NCBI GenBank assembly: GCA_963778655.1
Contig: CAVZVA010000002.1
Location: 416,001 to 480,000, forward strand
Reading direction: 5' to 3'
Source of the DNA: an uncultured delta proteobacterium
GTDB lineage: Bacteria > Myxococcota_A > Polyangia > Polyangiales > JAFGIB01
DNA length: 64,000 nucleotides
The translations under genes and the position numbers were made by a program. Of the stretch, positions 21,363 to 31,661 are shown in pieces (the first letter of the stretch is position 1; every line of letters starts with the position of its first letter). The notes below the pieces were generated by a model. That model saw nothing but the letters and a program-made list of their open reading frames with translations. It was not told the DNA's origin and made no database searches.

Positions 21363-22970
21363 ATGAAAAGACCGACCTCGCTGGGATGGCTCCTCGTCGC
21401 CCTCGGCGCGAGCGCGTTGCTCGCGGGCTGCGGAGGCCGTAACGCGGACCTCGACAAGCCGCTCTCGCTGCTGGACACCCCGCTCGCGCTGGACGACCAG
21501 CTGGTGCTGGTCGACACCGAGGGGCACCGCGCCTTCATGCTCGATGTGACGGCTGCGCATCCCGACCCCACACCGGGCGAGGTCGCGCTGCCGGTGGCGC
21601 CGGCCGCGGTCTTCCGCCGCAACGGCGACAGCAACGAGGGCCTGATCCTGTGCATGGGCCGGCGCGCCAGCGGCAGCGAGGACGCGGCTCCGGCCGTGTT
21701 GGTCGCGCTTTCGAGCAAGGGCAAGACGCGCGAGTACACGCTCGGCAACCCGTTCGATTCGCTGGTCCAGAGCGACGACGGACGCTACGCGTTCCTGTTC
21801 AAGAGCGGCAACGCCGAGCGCCTGCTGGACAACCAGAACGAGGTCGCGATCGTCGACCTGAGCAAGCAGCCCAAGGACAAGGATGCGGTCACGCTGCGCA
21901 CGCTGCGCAGCTACGGCGATTCGCCGCAATCGGTCGTGTTCTCGCCCAGCATGAGCATCCTGGGCGAGCAGCGCCGCTTGGCGGTGGTGCTGTCGCAGAC
22001 CAAGGTGACGTTGATCGACCTCGACCACCTCGACCGACAAGAGACCACGGTGCAGCTCTCCGACGCCACCGGCGGAAGCCAGGTGCAGCCCGCCCAGGTC
22101 GAGTTCAACGCGAGCGCGTCCACACCGGAGATCTACGTGCGCGGCACGGGCTCGAGCGACGTGTTCGTGTTCGCGCTCAACGAGCGGCCCGGCGGCGTGC
22201 AGGCGCCGGGCGAGAGCGACCTGCACAACGACTTCCGGCCCTCGATCGACCAGCTGGGCGTCGGCGGCCACCCGAGCGACATGGCGATCTACGGCAGCGA
22301 CGCCGATGCGCGCCTGCTCGTCCTGGCAGCCGATACGCAGCAAGCGGCGCTGGTGGACGTCTCGACCAGTCAGGTGACGAGCGTGGAGCTGCCAGCGGCC
22401 GCGACCAATGTGCTGCTGTTCGACGCGCCGTCGCCGCGCGACGATCAGAGCGCGCAGCGCGCGCTGCTGTACGCGCCCGGCGGGACCCAGCTCACCTTCC
22501 TCGATCTCGCCGATCTGGAGCAGCGGGGCAGCCGCAACGTCGAAGTGGTCTCGCTCGATCGCCCGATCTCCAAGCTGATCCCGCTGCTGGACGAAAAGAA
22601 GGTGTTGGTGATCCACGACGCGGACGGGGTCAGCCTGGTGGACCTGGCGGCACGCACGGTCTCGCCGATCAAGGCCAACGTGGTGCTGTCGGACGCGGCC
22701 TTCGACGCGAGCCGCCACAAGCTGTGGGTGGGGCCAAGCGGCCAGCCCTACGTCGGCGTGCTGGACCTGCAGACCGGCGACACGCCCGAGGTGCTGCTCG
22801 ACCACGGCGTGAAGACACTGGTGCCGATGTTCTCGCGCGGGAAGGTGGTGGTGCTGCACGACAGCACGGTGGGCGAGCTGACCGTGCTCGATGCGGCAAA
22901 GCCCTCGCGCGATACCGCGAAGACGATCCGAGGATTTCTGGTGGCCGGCCTGCTCGATCGAGGTCAGTGA
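21363..22970 (+). CDS. Second beta-propeller-like lipoprotein
   Basis: LAGC lipobox; repeated short beta strands (V.IVDL); 2 bp after the previous stop. Confidence 0.8.
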   Translation: MKRPTSLGWLLVALGASALLAGCGGRNADLDKPLSLLDTPLALDDQLVLVDTEGHRAFMLDVTAAHPDPTPGEVALPVAPAAVFRRNGDSNEGLILCMGRRASGSEDAAPAVLVALSSKGKTREYTLGNPFDSLVQSDDGRYAFLFKSGNAERLLDNQNEVAIVDLSKQPKDKDAVTLRTLRSYGDSPQSVVFSPSMSILGEQRRLAVVLSQTKVTLIDLDHLDRQETTVQLSDATGGSQVQPAQVEFNASASTPEIYVRGTGSSDVFVFALNERPGGVQAPGESDLHNDFRPSIDQLGVGGHPSDMAIYGSDADARLLVLAADTQQAALVDVSTSQVTSVELPAAATNVLLFDAPSPRDDQSAQRALLYAPGGTQLTFLDLADLEQRGSRNVEVVSLDRPISKLIPLLDEKKVLVIHDADGVSLVDLAARTVSPIKANVVLSDAAFDASRHKLWVGPSGQPYVGVLDLQTGDTPEVLLDHGVKTLVPMFSRGKVVVLHDSTVGELTVLDAAKPSRDTAKTIRGFLVAGLLDRGQ

Positions 22971-24154
22971 TGCGCGCGATCACCCTTGCCCTTTCCCTGC
23001 TTCTGCTGGCCGGTGCGGCACGCGCGCTCGCGCAGCCCAAACCGGCGCCGAACCCCTACGCCCCCGCCGTGCCGGAGACCAATCCCTACGCCGCCGGCGT
23101 TCCGAAGTCCGCGACGCCTGGGCCCGGGGCGGCGGCGGCCGCGCAGCCCCCGCCACCCGCGGCGGCCGAGGGCGCTGCAGCGCCGGCGGCGGCCGCAGCT
23201 GCAACGAGCCAGCCCGCGGCAGCCGCGCCGGCGGCGGCGCCGGCCGCAGCGGCAACGAGCCAGCCCGCCGCCGCGGCAGCCGCGCCGGTTGCGGCGACCG
23301 CGCCGGCCAGCGGCGCCGAGGCGGCAAGCACCGCGCCCGTAGCAGCCGGGGCGGCGGCGCCGGCCGCGGCACCGGCGGCGGCACCGGCGCCGAGTGACGC
23401 ATCCAGAGCCGATGCCTTGCGCATCGCGCGCGAGCGCGCCGAGCTGCGTGCCCTGCTGGCGCGCCAGCACGCGCAGGCGAGCACAGACGAGCCCGAACCC
23501 GCGCCCGTGCGCCGCCGCAGCGACGCCGGCGCGGCCAACGCGATCGGCGCGAGCTTCGACGCCCCCTGGTACGTCAAGCCGAGCTACGATCTGTTCTCCG
23601 ACAAGGACGTGGCGAGCCGCTTTGGCGTCTGGGCCGCGCGCGACGTGGCCGCGTTGCGCTCCGATACGTTCCTGGCAATCGAGCTCGGCTGGGGCACGGA
23701 GCACGAGAAGAGCGGCGGCCTGCGTGCCGACACCCTGGGCAGCGAGCTGACGACGCACGCGTTCTACGGCGGAGCGCAAGTGCGCTTCGTGCCTCTGTCA
23801 TGGCTGCAACCGCACGTGCGGCTGGCGGGCGGCGCCGAGCTGGTCAGCATGTCGCTGTCCAGCTCGACTCCAGCCACCACCTTCAAGGACCACGGCTGGT
23901 CCCCGTTCGCGAGCCTCGGTCTGGGCTTCACCCTGCGCACGCCCACCCGCCTGTTCGAGGACCGGGGCGGGCACATGGCCTCGCTCTCGCTTGGTCTCAT
24001 GCTCGAAGGCGGCTACACGCTGGCGGGGCCGCTCGACTTCGCGCTGAAGGGGCCGGCGCCGGACAAGCGCGGGATCCCGATCGCGGAGCCGCAGCTCGGC
24101 ACGCTGCAGCGATCCGGGCCCTACGCGCGCGCCTCAGTGGTCTGCCGCTTTTAG
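22970..24154 (+). CDS. Secreted protein with Ala/Pro linker and C-terminal outer-membrane beta-barrel-like domain
   Basis: Signal peptide; TGATG overlap with the previous gene; C-terminal SVVCRF. Confidence 0.75.
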   Translation: MRAITLALSLLLLAGAARALAQPKPAPNPYAPAVPETNPYAAGVPKSATPGPGAAAAAQPPPPAAAEGAAAPAAAAAATSQPAAAAPAAAPAAAATSQPAAAAAAPVAATAPASGAEAASTAPVAAGAAAPAAAPAAAPAPSDASRADALRIARERAELRALLARQHAQASTDEPEPAPVRRRSDAGAANAIGASFDAPWYVKPSYDLFSDKDVASRFGVWAARDVAALRSDTFLAIELGWGTEHEKSGGLRADTLGSELTTHAFYGGAQVRFVPLSWLQPHVRLAGGAELVSMSLSSSTPATTFKDHGWSPFASLGLGFTLRTPTRLFEDRGGHMASLSLGLMLEGGYTLAGPLDFALKGPAPDKRGIPIAEPQLGTLQRSGPYARASVVCRF

Positions 24155-24703
24155 CGGCCGCGCGTGCCGCTGGCGCTGCACCTGCCGCTCCCGGCGCACG
24201 GCGTCGTCGTGCAGCAAGAACCACCAGATGCCGAGCGGAGCGCGCAGCACGAACATCAGCGCATCGCCCGGAACGGAGTCGAAGCGGTGCTGCCACTCGA
24301 CGCCGACAATCGTGTATCCAAGCGTGAGGTGGGTCATGAAGTCGTCGCCGCGCACGCGGTCGAACCCCCCCTGCAGCCAGAGCCCGCCGAAGTGATTCAC
24401 CTCGAGCTCGCCGCCGAAGCCGGCGCGCGCCAGCGCGCCCAGCTCGCCGCTGAGCCCGATGTTCACGATGAGGGGCTCGTACGCGTACAGCACCCCTACC
24501 CTGGCCCGCCCGAGCACCGGCGTGGCCAGGCGGTGATCGAGCCCGAATCCCGCGCCGAAGCCGAGCGCGAGATCGGGCCATACGCCCTTCACCCGCAGCT
24601 CCTCGGCGAAGACCTGCGCCGCGCACGGCGACGGACGCGCGGCGCACAGCGCGAACAGCGCCGTCAGGCACGCGAGCAGCGCTGCGGCTCGATCAAGGCG
24701 CAA
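24134..24703 (-). CDS. Small secreted hypothetical protein, beta-barrel-like
   Basis: Signal peptide; Gly/aromatic-rich strands. Confidence 0.65.
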   Translation of the reverse strand: MRLDRAAALLACLTALFALCAARPSPCAAQVFAEELRVKGVWPDLALGFGAGFGLDHRLATPVLGRARVGVLYAYEPLIVNIGLSGELGALARAGFGGELEVNHFGGLWLQGGFDRVRGDDFMTHLTLGYTIVGVEWQHRFDSVPGDALMFVLRAPLGIWWFLLHDDAVRRERQVQRQRHARPLKAADH

Positions 24704-25172
24704 CGCTGGCGCTCCGCGGGGCAGAGGTCGGACCGCCCGTGCGTAGCAGCAGCGTGAGCGAGCGCGCTTGGGCGATCGGTCCGAGCTGAGCCACGCTCAT
24801 CGCGGCCGAGAGGCAGGTTTGGAAGGTCGTGCCGCCTTGAGCCGTTGGCTGGAGGCGCCCGCCCTGCACGCCGAAATCGAGCGTCAGACCGGCGTGTAGG
24901 CCGCTCCGCATGCTAGCGCCGTGATCGGCCGCGCTACAGCGCAGCAAGGCATGGTGCAACGCCGAGGTTACCGGCTGCACCAAGCTGTCTTCGAGCTCCG
25001 CCGGCCGCGCCGACAGCGCGATCTCCACCGCGGGCAGCTCGGCGCTCCCCTCGAGCAGCACCCCCACCGGCGCCTCGCTGTCGTCCGTCGAACCAACGCT
25101 GCTGTGGCATGCGCCCGCGAAGACGCACGCCAACAGCAGCTGAGCGCACGCGACTGCGCGCGCGGCGATCAT
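24693..25172 (-). CDS. Hypothetical lipoprotein
   Basis: FAGAC lipobox; two-Cys domain resembling the C-terminus of 14111-15790. Confidence 0.55.
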   Translation of the reverse strand: MIAARAVACAQLLLACVFAGACHSSVGSTDDSEAPVGVLLEGSAELPAVEIALSARPAELEDSLVQPVTSALHHALLRCSAADHGASMRSGLHAGLTLDFGVQGGRLQPTAQGGTTFQTCLSAAMSVAQLGPIAQARSLTLLLRTGGPTSAPRSASVAP

Positions 25173-25194
25173 GAGTGTGGACAACGCGCGCCGA

Positions 25195-25401
25195 TCACGG
25201 TGCGTCGGCGCTGCCGCACTGCGAGACGCCCGCCGGTGTGATCTTGCAAACGTAGACCTTGCGCAGAAGCCCGAACAGGAAGTTGTCGTTGCGCGCAATC
25301 ACCACAGCGTCGCCCGCAGTGGCCACGCCACCGTAGCTGCACGCGCTCATTCCAAGACCTAGAGCCGTGGCCAGAAGCAATGCCTTCAGTGCGTTGTGCA
25401 T
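25195..25401 (-). CDS. Small lipoprotein (68 aa)
   Basis: MSAC lipobox; GAGAGGA RBS; TTGACC-18-TACAGT upstream. Confidence 0.75.
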   Translation of the reverse strand: MHNALKALLLATALGLGMSACSYGGVATAGDAVVIARNDNFLFGLLRKVYVCKITPAGVSQCGSADAP

Positions 25402-25499
25402 GGATTCCTCTCGATCGAAGTTAACTACAGACGGCGTGGCCGGCACTGTATGTTGCCGGCCGCGAGCCGGTCAAGGTATGGGCCCAGGGGTTCCCGATT

Positions 25500-26603
25500 T
25501 CAGCGCACCAGACGCTGACACTCGAGCGCGTATTCACCCACCGCGAGCGACGCGCAGCTGCGATACGCCTCACGCGCCCCACGGTGATCGCCGAGCGCCT
25601 CGCGCGCCGCGCCCAACACGATCCAGCCCTCGGAGCTGGTCTGATCGACTGCGACGGCGCGTGCGGCAAGCTCGCGCGCGCGCTCGTTGTCGCCGGCGTC
25701 GAGCCGCAGGTAGGCCATGCGACTGATCGCGGGCGCAACGTCGGGATGGCGCGCGAGCAGTTGCTCGTAGGCGGCGATCGCATCCTCACGGCGGCCCGCG
25801 TCGAGCAGTGCCTGCGCCGAAGCAAGCGCCGCGCTCACCTCTGAAACGCCGGCGCTGGACGCGGCAGCCCTGGTCGTCGCGGCGGGCGACTCCGGGCTCG
25901 CCTGCGGCGCCGCGCCGAGCTGGCCGGGGCGCGCGGGTGGCGGGACGATGACGGGCGCCGCCTGCGCCCCGGCTTGTAGACCCGGCGCAAGCGCAGGCGT
26001 GGGTGCCGGCGTCGCGGTCGTAGCCGTGGGCGCGGGCGTCGCCGTGGTGGCGGGCGGGAGCGCAGCCGGGGCTGCAGCCGTTGCCACGGGCTCGGCCCGC
26101 GCCACCCGCGCCGCCGGCGGCGCGGGCGGGACGGCGGGCGCCACGGGCAGCACGCGCGCGGGCAACCCTGCAGCGTGGCCGAGCTCGACCGGCACCGGCA
26201 TCACCAAGCGCGCGTACACCAGGTATCCGCCGAGCGCGAGCAGCGAGCCGCCCAGCAGCACCAGCGTGGCGTACATCGCGCGCCGCGCGCCGTGGGCCAT
26301 CGCCGCAGGCGGCTCGAGCTCCCAGGGCTCCTCGGCGTGCGGGTGCTGCGGCGGCTGCGAGAAGAACTCCTGGTGAAGCCGCTCCAGCTCGTCGGCATGA
26401 GCGTGCCCCGCGACCGCTGCCGCGTCCTCCGGCGGCGGCGCGTCGGGCGGCGCAGCGCTCGGCCGCTGGGCGCTCGCCGCGGAGGCGCCCGCCTCAGGCG
26501 CTGAGGCACGCGCCGGCAGCACGCTGTCGCGGGCGGGCGGTAGCGAGCGCGGCCGCAGGCTCTTGCGCTGGGGCGGCGGCTTTCTCAGTCCACGTCGGGG
26601 CAT
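25500..26603 (-). CDS. Membrane-anchored protein with C-terminal TPR repeats
   Basis: TM helix, Pro/Ala linker, TPR-like helices. Confidence 0.75.
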   Translation of the reverse strand: MPRRGLRKPPPQRKSLRPRSLPPARDSVLPARASAPEAGASAASAQRPSAAPPDAPPPEDAAAVAGHAHADELERLHQEFFSQPPQHPHAEEPWELEPPAAMAHGARRAMYATLVLLGGSLLALGGYLVYARLVMPVPVELGHAAGLPARVLPVAPAVPPAPPAARVARAEPVATAAAPAALPPATTATPAPTATTATPAPTPALAPGLQAGAQAAPVIVPPPARPGQLGAAPQASPESPAATTRAAASSAGVSEVSAALASAQALLDAGRREDAIAAYEQLLARHPDVAPAISRMAYLRLDAGDNERARELAARAVAVDQTSSEGWIVLGAAREALGDHRGAREAYRSCASLAVGEYALECQRLVR

Positions 26604-26786
26604 CGCAGGTCTACGGGCTTACCCACCCATCCTTGAGTCGTCCGAAGGGCTCGCCTTGTCCGTCCCCGCAAGCCGGACGGCTCGGGTTAGCCTCGAGCTG
26701 AACAAAGGTTCCATACGTTGCGCGAAGCGACAACCCAGCGGACAACCGCAGCAGCAGGGCCCGGCCCTGGTGGTCTGGCCATCGCC

Positions 26787-29700
26787 GTGAACGCTTACAA
26801 GCGAGCCCACAACTTGTCACGAAGAGCGCAGCCCGCGCCGCCCCGCAGCTGGCGGCGGCCGGTGCTGGCGGCAGTCGTGGCGTGCCTGGGGCTGGGCGCC
26901 TTGCTACCGGCGCCCGCGCGGGCCCAGCTGCTGGTGCATCCACGGCGTCCGGGCCAGACCAACGTGCGCTACGCCGACTTCGAGTGGCGCTACGTCGACC
27001 TGCTCACCCACGAGAAGCTCAAGCTCGACATCGAGTGGCAGCACGGGCCGCGCTATCACCTGAGCGCCTACCGGCCGCCGGCGATGGGCACGCCCTGGGC
27101 ATGGCCCGCGCTCAAGACGCCGGTGTCGCTGCACAACGCGTCGACCCGCAGCGCCGGGCCCGCGCCTAGCTCGCGCAAGGGCGTGCTGGAGACGGCGGGC
27201 GGCATCCGCCTGTACTTCTACGAGCGCGAACGCTCGATCGCCGAGCGCGCCGCCGCGAGCATCGAGAAGTCCTATCGCTACCTGGCCGAACAATTCGGCT
27301 ACGCGCCGCGCAAAACCTTCGCGTACTTTCTGTACAGCAGTTACATCGAGTTTCTGCAGACCGATCTGTTTCCGTTGCAGGAAGGCGTGCTGGGCGTGAC
27401 CAGCCCCGAGAGCCTCGAGCTCACGCTGCCGTACTTCGGCGATCAACGCATGTTCGAGGACGTCTCGACCCACGAGCTCGCGCACGAGTTCACCCTGCAG
27501 AAGCTGTTGACCGAAGCCAAGAAGGCGGGCTTGCCCGACGCCCCGCTGATGCAGTTCCCGGTCTGGTTCATCGAGGGCTCGGCCGAGTACTACGCCAAGC
27601 ACGGCCTCGACCCCGAGGCCGAGGTGCTGGTGCGCGACCTGATCGTCAATCCGGCCCAGGACGGCTACGTGCTCGGGGACTTCTTCGAGGACCGGCTCAA
27701 CGACGGGTTGTGGACGTACAAGGTCGGCCAGGCGCGCTGCGCATTCCTGGAGGAGACCTACGGCAAGGGCACACTGCAACGCATCCTCGAACAGAGCCCG
27801 CGCCTGGCCAAATCCCCGGACCACGGAGGCGCGGCCAGCTTCCGCGCGCTGGTCGCGCGCGTGGTGAAGGACCACGCCTCGCACATCGCCACGCGCTTCG
27901 AGCGCTGGATCAAGCGCCGCGCTTACCGCTCTTATCTCGCCACCTCACAGGACGTGGATGACATGAGCGCGGTCTCCGAGGTCGAGGGTCTGGTGCAGAC
28001 CCTGAGCGCGTCGCCCAGCGGGCAGCTGCTGCTGTACCGCAGCATCGACCGCGACACCGGAGCGACCAGCCTGTACCTGATGGACAGGCACGCGCCGGAC
28101 GACGCCAAGCGGGTCGCGCGCGACGGCACGCCGGGAGTCGAGTCGCTGCACCCGGTCTCGGGACGCAACTTCGACCTGACCGACAGCGAGCTCGCCTTCG
28201 TGGCGCAGCGCGGCGGCCGCGACGTGATCTACGTGCAGCGCTTCGACGAGGACGCCGAGCCGGAGCCGTGCTCGGACAAGGGCAAGCGCGCGCAGCGCGT
28301 CTGTGACTGGGACGTCTCCTTTCACCTGCGGCCGCGCCGCCCGCTGCCGGTCGGCAAACACGGCCTGCTCACGGTCGACGCGATCGCGCTCTCTCCCAAC
28401 GGACGCGGGCTCGCGTTCATCGGCCTGTCGGAAAGCGGTCAGAAGGATCTCTACATGATCCCACGCATCGACGACGAGCAGCTGACGATCGTGCAGCTGA
28501 CCCACGATCAGTTCGCCGAGCGCGAGCTGAGCTGGGGACCGGCCGGCATCGTGTACAACTCCGACGCGACCGGCCACGGCAAGTTCAACCTGTTCCGCAT
28601 CGATCCGCTGCTGCCGACCAAGGTCGAGCGCTTGACCTTCGAGCCGCGGGACGAGATGAGCCCGGAGATGCTGCCCGATGGGCGCATCTTCTTCGTGGCC
28701 TACGACTCGGCGGGCGCGAATCTCTACGAGGTGACGCGGCAGGGCGAGCGCACGGTGGTCGTGCGCAAAACCGACGTCTCGACCGGTCTCTACGACGTGA
28801 GCCCGGGGCCGGACGGCAGCGTATGGGCGCTCTACCACCACGGCCATCGCCGGGTGCCGGTGCGCATCGGCGCGAGCGCGCTGCTCAACCAGCCGACCGA
28901 AGCGCCACCGCCCGACGGCCCGCCCTCGCCGCCGCGACGCCTGTCGCTGCTGGTCGACCGCAAGTACAATCCCTTCAGGCTCTCGAGCTGGACGCCGGAG
29001 GGCTTCTTCGTGCTGGCCGGGTTCAGCACCAGCGGCGTGTTCGGAAGCCTGGTCGCCACCGCCTCCGACCGCTTGCGCGACCACGGGCTGATCCTGAGCT
29101 CCGCGGTGTACGGCTCGTTCGACCTGCTCGACGTCGACCTGACCTACGTTAATCAGCAACGACGACTCATCTGGGGCCTTTCGCTGTTTCACGAGGTCTA
29201 CCCCTTCTTCGATCGGAGCTTCGAGACCAGTAACCCCGACACCAGCGTGAGCTTCGTGTCATGGCGGCGCTACTTCGGCAGCGGGGGCGTGCTGCGCTAC
29301 CCCTTCAGCCAGTTCCTGTATGCCCAGGCCGAGCTCTCGGCCGGTGGGGCGGGCTACTTCGTCAGCAACGACACCGCCAAGGAGCTACGCGGCCTGATGC
29401 AGACCATGGCACCGGAATCGGCGTCGAGCCTACCTGCACGCCCCATCCAAGTGCAGGCCCCGGCGCGACCGACGCAGGACCTGCTCTCGCTGTGGAAGGC
29501 CCAGAATCGAGGGCTGCGCTTCCACACCGAGACCGCGTTGAGCCTGGGCTACAGCACCATCGGCTACCACCGCTCCACCGGACCGATCCGCGGCGAGGCG
29601 CTGCTGCTCTCGACCAGCTTGGGCGCCGAGCCGTTCGACGACGTCGAGTACGAGCAGGCACGGCTCGACGCCGAGCACTACATCCGCATCTCGGGCGCGG

Positions 29701-30113
29701 CCAACCTGATGCTGCGCGGCGCCGCCGGCATGACGCTGGGGGACCGGCGCGCGCCCCAGTACTTTCTGTCGAGCTTCCACACGCTGCGCGGCGTGCCCTT
29801 CGGCGACACCGATTTCCTGCTCGGACGCGAGTTCTTCTACAGCACCGTGGAATTCCAGTTCCCGATCGCAACCTTCATGGAGCTGCCCCTGATCGACCTC
29901 GAGGGCGTGCTCGCCAGCGATTTCGGTGGGGTGGGCAACGGCGCCAGCGGGATCTGGGACCGGCGCGTGCTGGACCTGGTGTTCGGGGTGAACCTGGGCT
30001 TCGCACCGCTGGTGCTGCGAATTCATTTCGGCCAGCCGATCGGCATCGGCGCGCCCCTACCCAACAACGGCAAGCTGGTGTTCAACTTCTCGCTGGTGTG
30101 GCGCTACGAGTAG
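26787..30113 (+). CDS. Omp85/BamA-family barrel fused to an HExxH peptidase (MA-like) domain and TolB/PD40-like propeller (start uncertain)
   Basis: HELAHEF then PVWFIEGSAEY; SPSG, SPNG and LPDG blades; TLRGV loop-6-like motif; terminal FNFSLVWRYE. Confidence 0.78.
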   Translation: MNAYKRAHNLSRRAQPAPPRSWRRPVLAAVVACLGLGALLPAPARAQLLVHPRRPGQTNVRYADFEWRYVDLLTHEKLKLDIEWQHGPRYHLSAYRPPAMGTPWAWPALKTPVSLHNASTRSAGPAPSSRKGVLETAGGIRLYFYERERSIAERAAASIEKSYRYLAEQFGYAPRKTFAYFLYSSYIEFLQTDLFPLQEGVLGVTSPESLELTLPYFGDQRMFEDVSTHELAHEFTLQKLLTEAKKAGLPDAPLMQFPVWFIEGSAEYYAKHGLDPEAEVLVRDLIVNPAQDGYVLGDFFEDRLNDGLWTYKVGQARCAFLEETYGKGTLQRILEQSPRLAKSPDHGGAASFRALVARVVKDHASHIATRFERWIKRRAYRSYLATSQDVDDMSAVSEVEGLVQTLSASPSGQLLLYRSIDRDTGATSLYLMDRHAPDDAKRVARDGTPGVESLHPVSGRNFDLTDSELAFVAQRGGRDVIYVQRFDEDAEPEPCSDKGKRAQRVCDWDVSFHLRPRRPLPVGKHGLLTVDAIALSPNGRGLAFIGLSESGQKDLYMIPRIDDEQLTIVQLTHDQFAERELSWGPAGIVYNSDATGHGKFNLFRIDPLLPTKVERLTFEPRDEMSPEMLPDGRIFFVAYDSAGANLYEVTRQGERTVVVRKTDVSTGLYDVSPGPDGSVWALYHHGHRRVPVRIGASALLNQPTEAPPPDGPPSPPRRLSLLVDRKYNPFRLSSWTPEGFFVLAGFSTSGVFGSLVATASDRLRDHGLILSSAVYGSFDLLDVDLTYVNQQRRLIWGLSLFHEVYPFFDRSFETSNPDTSVSFVSWRRYFGSGGVLRYPFSQFLYAQAELSAGGAGYFVSNDTAKELRGLMQTMAPESASSLPARPIQVQAPARPTQDLLSLWKAQNRGLRFHTETALSLGYSTIGYHRSTGPIRGEALLLSTSLGAEPFDDVEYEQARLDAEHYIRISGAANLMLRGAAGMTLGDRRAPQYFLSSFHTLRGVPFGDTDFLLGREFFYSTVEFQFPIATFMELPLIDLEGVLASDFGGVGNGASGIWDRRVLDLVFGVNLGFAPLVLRIHFGQPIGIGAPLPNNGKLVFNFSLVWRYE

Positions 30114-30273
30114 GCAGCTCGCGGGCCTCAGCCACTCAGCCTGAGCGGAAAAATCCGCGGTATCTCCGTGTTTCGCTCATGGCCCGGCCGCCGGGCGCGA
30201 CATGTAGGCGAGCATTGATCGGGCAGGGGTTTCGGGGGATAGTTTGCGCGGTGGCGTGGTGCTGGAGGTGCTC

Positions 30274-31284
30274 GTGGGACGACAGGCAGTAGCCTGGTTG
30301 CTGGCGCTCGGATGCGTGGTCGGGTCGGGGTGCGCGCAGGGCGCCTCCAAGGCCTACGTCAATAAGAGCGGGCTGTTCGTGGACGGCGGAGGTGTATCGG
30401 TCTTGCCGCCGGGCACTGGGGGCACTGTCGGGGGCGCAGGCGGAAACAGCGGGACGATCGGCGGTGAAGTGTGCGGCAGCGTGACCTGCGAGGCGGGCAA
30501 GGCCTGCTGCGACAACGTCTGCGTCGACATCACCTCCAACATCAACCGCTGTGGCGGCTGTAACACCGTGTGTCCGAGCGGGGCGATGTGCACGGCCGGC
30601 GTTTGTACCTGCGCGAACCCGACCGCGATGGTGTGCAAGGGCATCTGTGTCGACGTGATGGGCCAGGACAGCAACAACTGCGGCGTCTGCGGCAAGGCGT
30701 GCGCCCCCCCGACGACCTGCATGGCCGGCGTGTGCAAGTGCCCGAACGGGAGCACCGGCGACTTCGTCTGTGGCGACCAGTGCGTCGACACCATGACCGA
30801 CAACGACAACTGCGGAAAGTGCGGCAACGCGTGCGCCATGCCGACCGTGTGCAGCGGCGGCGTGTGCGGTTGTCCGCTGGGCGGCACGATGTGCGGCTCG
30901 GATTGCGCGCAGCTCATGACCGACAACAACAACTGCGGAAAGTGCGGCACCGTCTGCGGCGACCCCACGTCGTGCAAGGCCGGGGTGTGCAAGTGCCCGA
31001 ACGCGGGCGAGATCTACTGCAACGGGATCTGCGACAAGCTGTTGATGGACGACATGAACTGCGGCGCCTGCGGCAACCCCTGCCCCAGCGGCCAGAACTG
31101 CTGCCTCGGCAAGTGCGTAAACGAGCAGAGCGACAAGGCCAATTGCGGAGGCTGCGGGATGGATTGCGGCCAGACCGCCGACAGCTGTATGAGCGGGGCC
31201 TGCAAGTGCGGCTCGATGAACGCGTGCAACTCGAATCAGAGCTGCCAGCCTGGGCTCTTCGGCGGCTCCCCCGTCTGCTTCTGA
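30274..31284 (+). CDS. Cys-rich repeat lipoprotein (Stig1/MXAN_6577-like repeats)
   Basis: GGAGG RBS before GTG; GSGC lipobox; six (N/R)CGxC repeat cores. Confidence 0.85.
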   Translation: MGRQAVAWLLALGCVVGSGCAQGASKAYVNKSGLFVDGGGVSVLPPGTGGTVGGAGGNSGTIGGEVCGSVTCEAGKACCDNVCVDITSNINRCGGCNTVCPSGAMCTAGVCTCANPTAMVCKGICVDVMGQDSNNCGVCGKACAPPTTCMAGVCKCPNGSTGDFVCGDQCVDTMTDNDNCGKCGNACAMPTVCSGGVCGCPLGGTMCGSDCAQLMTDNNNCGKCGTVCGDPTSCKAGVCKCPNAGEIYCNGICDKLLMDDMNCGACGNPCPSGQNCCLGKCVNEQSDKANCGGCGMDCGQTADSCMSGACKCGSMNACNSNQSCQPGLFGGSPVCF

Positions 31285-31325
31285 GACCCGCCAGGGCCTT
31301 CCAACGTCGCGAGCTGATCACGCGG

Positions 31326-31394
31326 TGCCCGCTGCATGCGGGCGAGATCCATTGCAACGGCGCCTGCGACAAGCTGCTGGCTGACGACGCCAAT
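31326..31394 (+). pseudogene. Orphan fragment of one Cys-rich repeat
   Basis: CPLHAGEIHCNGACDKLLADDAN matches CPNAGEIYCNGICDKLLMDDMN at 30994-31059. Confidence 0.7.
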
Positions 31395-31661
31395 CTGGCG
31401 GCGGCCCGCCGCCTCACACGCATCGCGGCTGGGGCATTTTGCACCGCTGCGCATGTGCATGATGTCTCGCAGTTTTGACCGCGCGCGCCGAATTCATTGT
31501 CCGACAGCGACACGTCCTGTTTTTGGTCGTCGCGACTCACAGTCAAACGTGTCGAGGGCATTAACTCGGCCGGTGGTGAGGCGAGCTGCGCCTGGCCTGC
31601 CCGTGCATCGGCGGCCGCGCGCAGCGAGGCGTCAAAGCAACTTGTGGTTGGAGACAAAGCC

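Noticed and set aside
30994..31394. Diversity-generating retroelement TR/VR pair
   Set aside because: Differences between the copies are not adenine-specific (e.g. TAC/CAT, GGG/GGC, TTG/CTG) and there is no reverse transcriptase in the window
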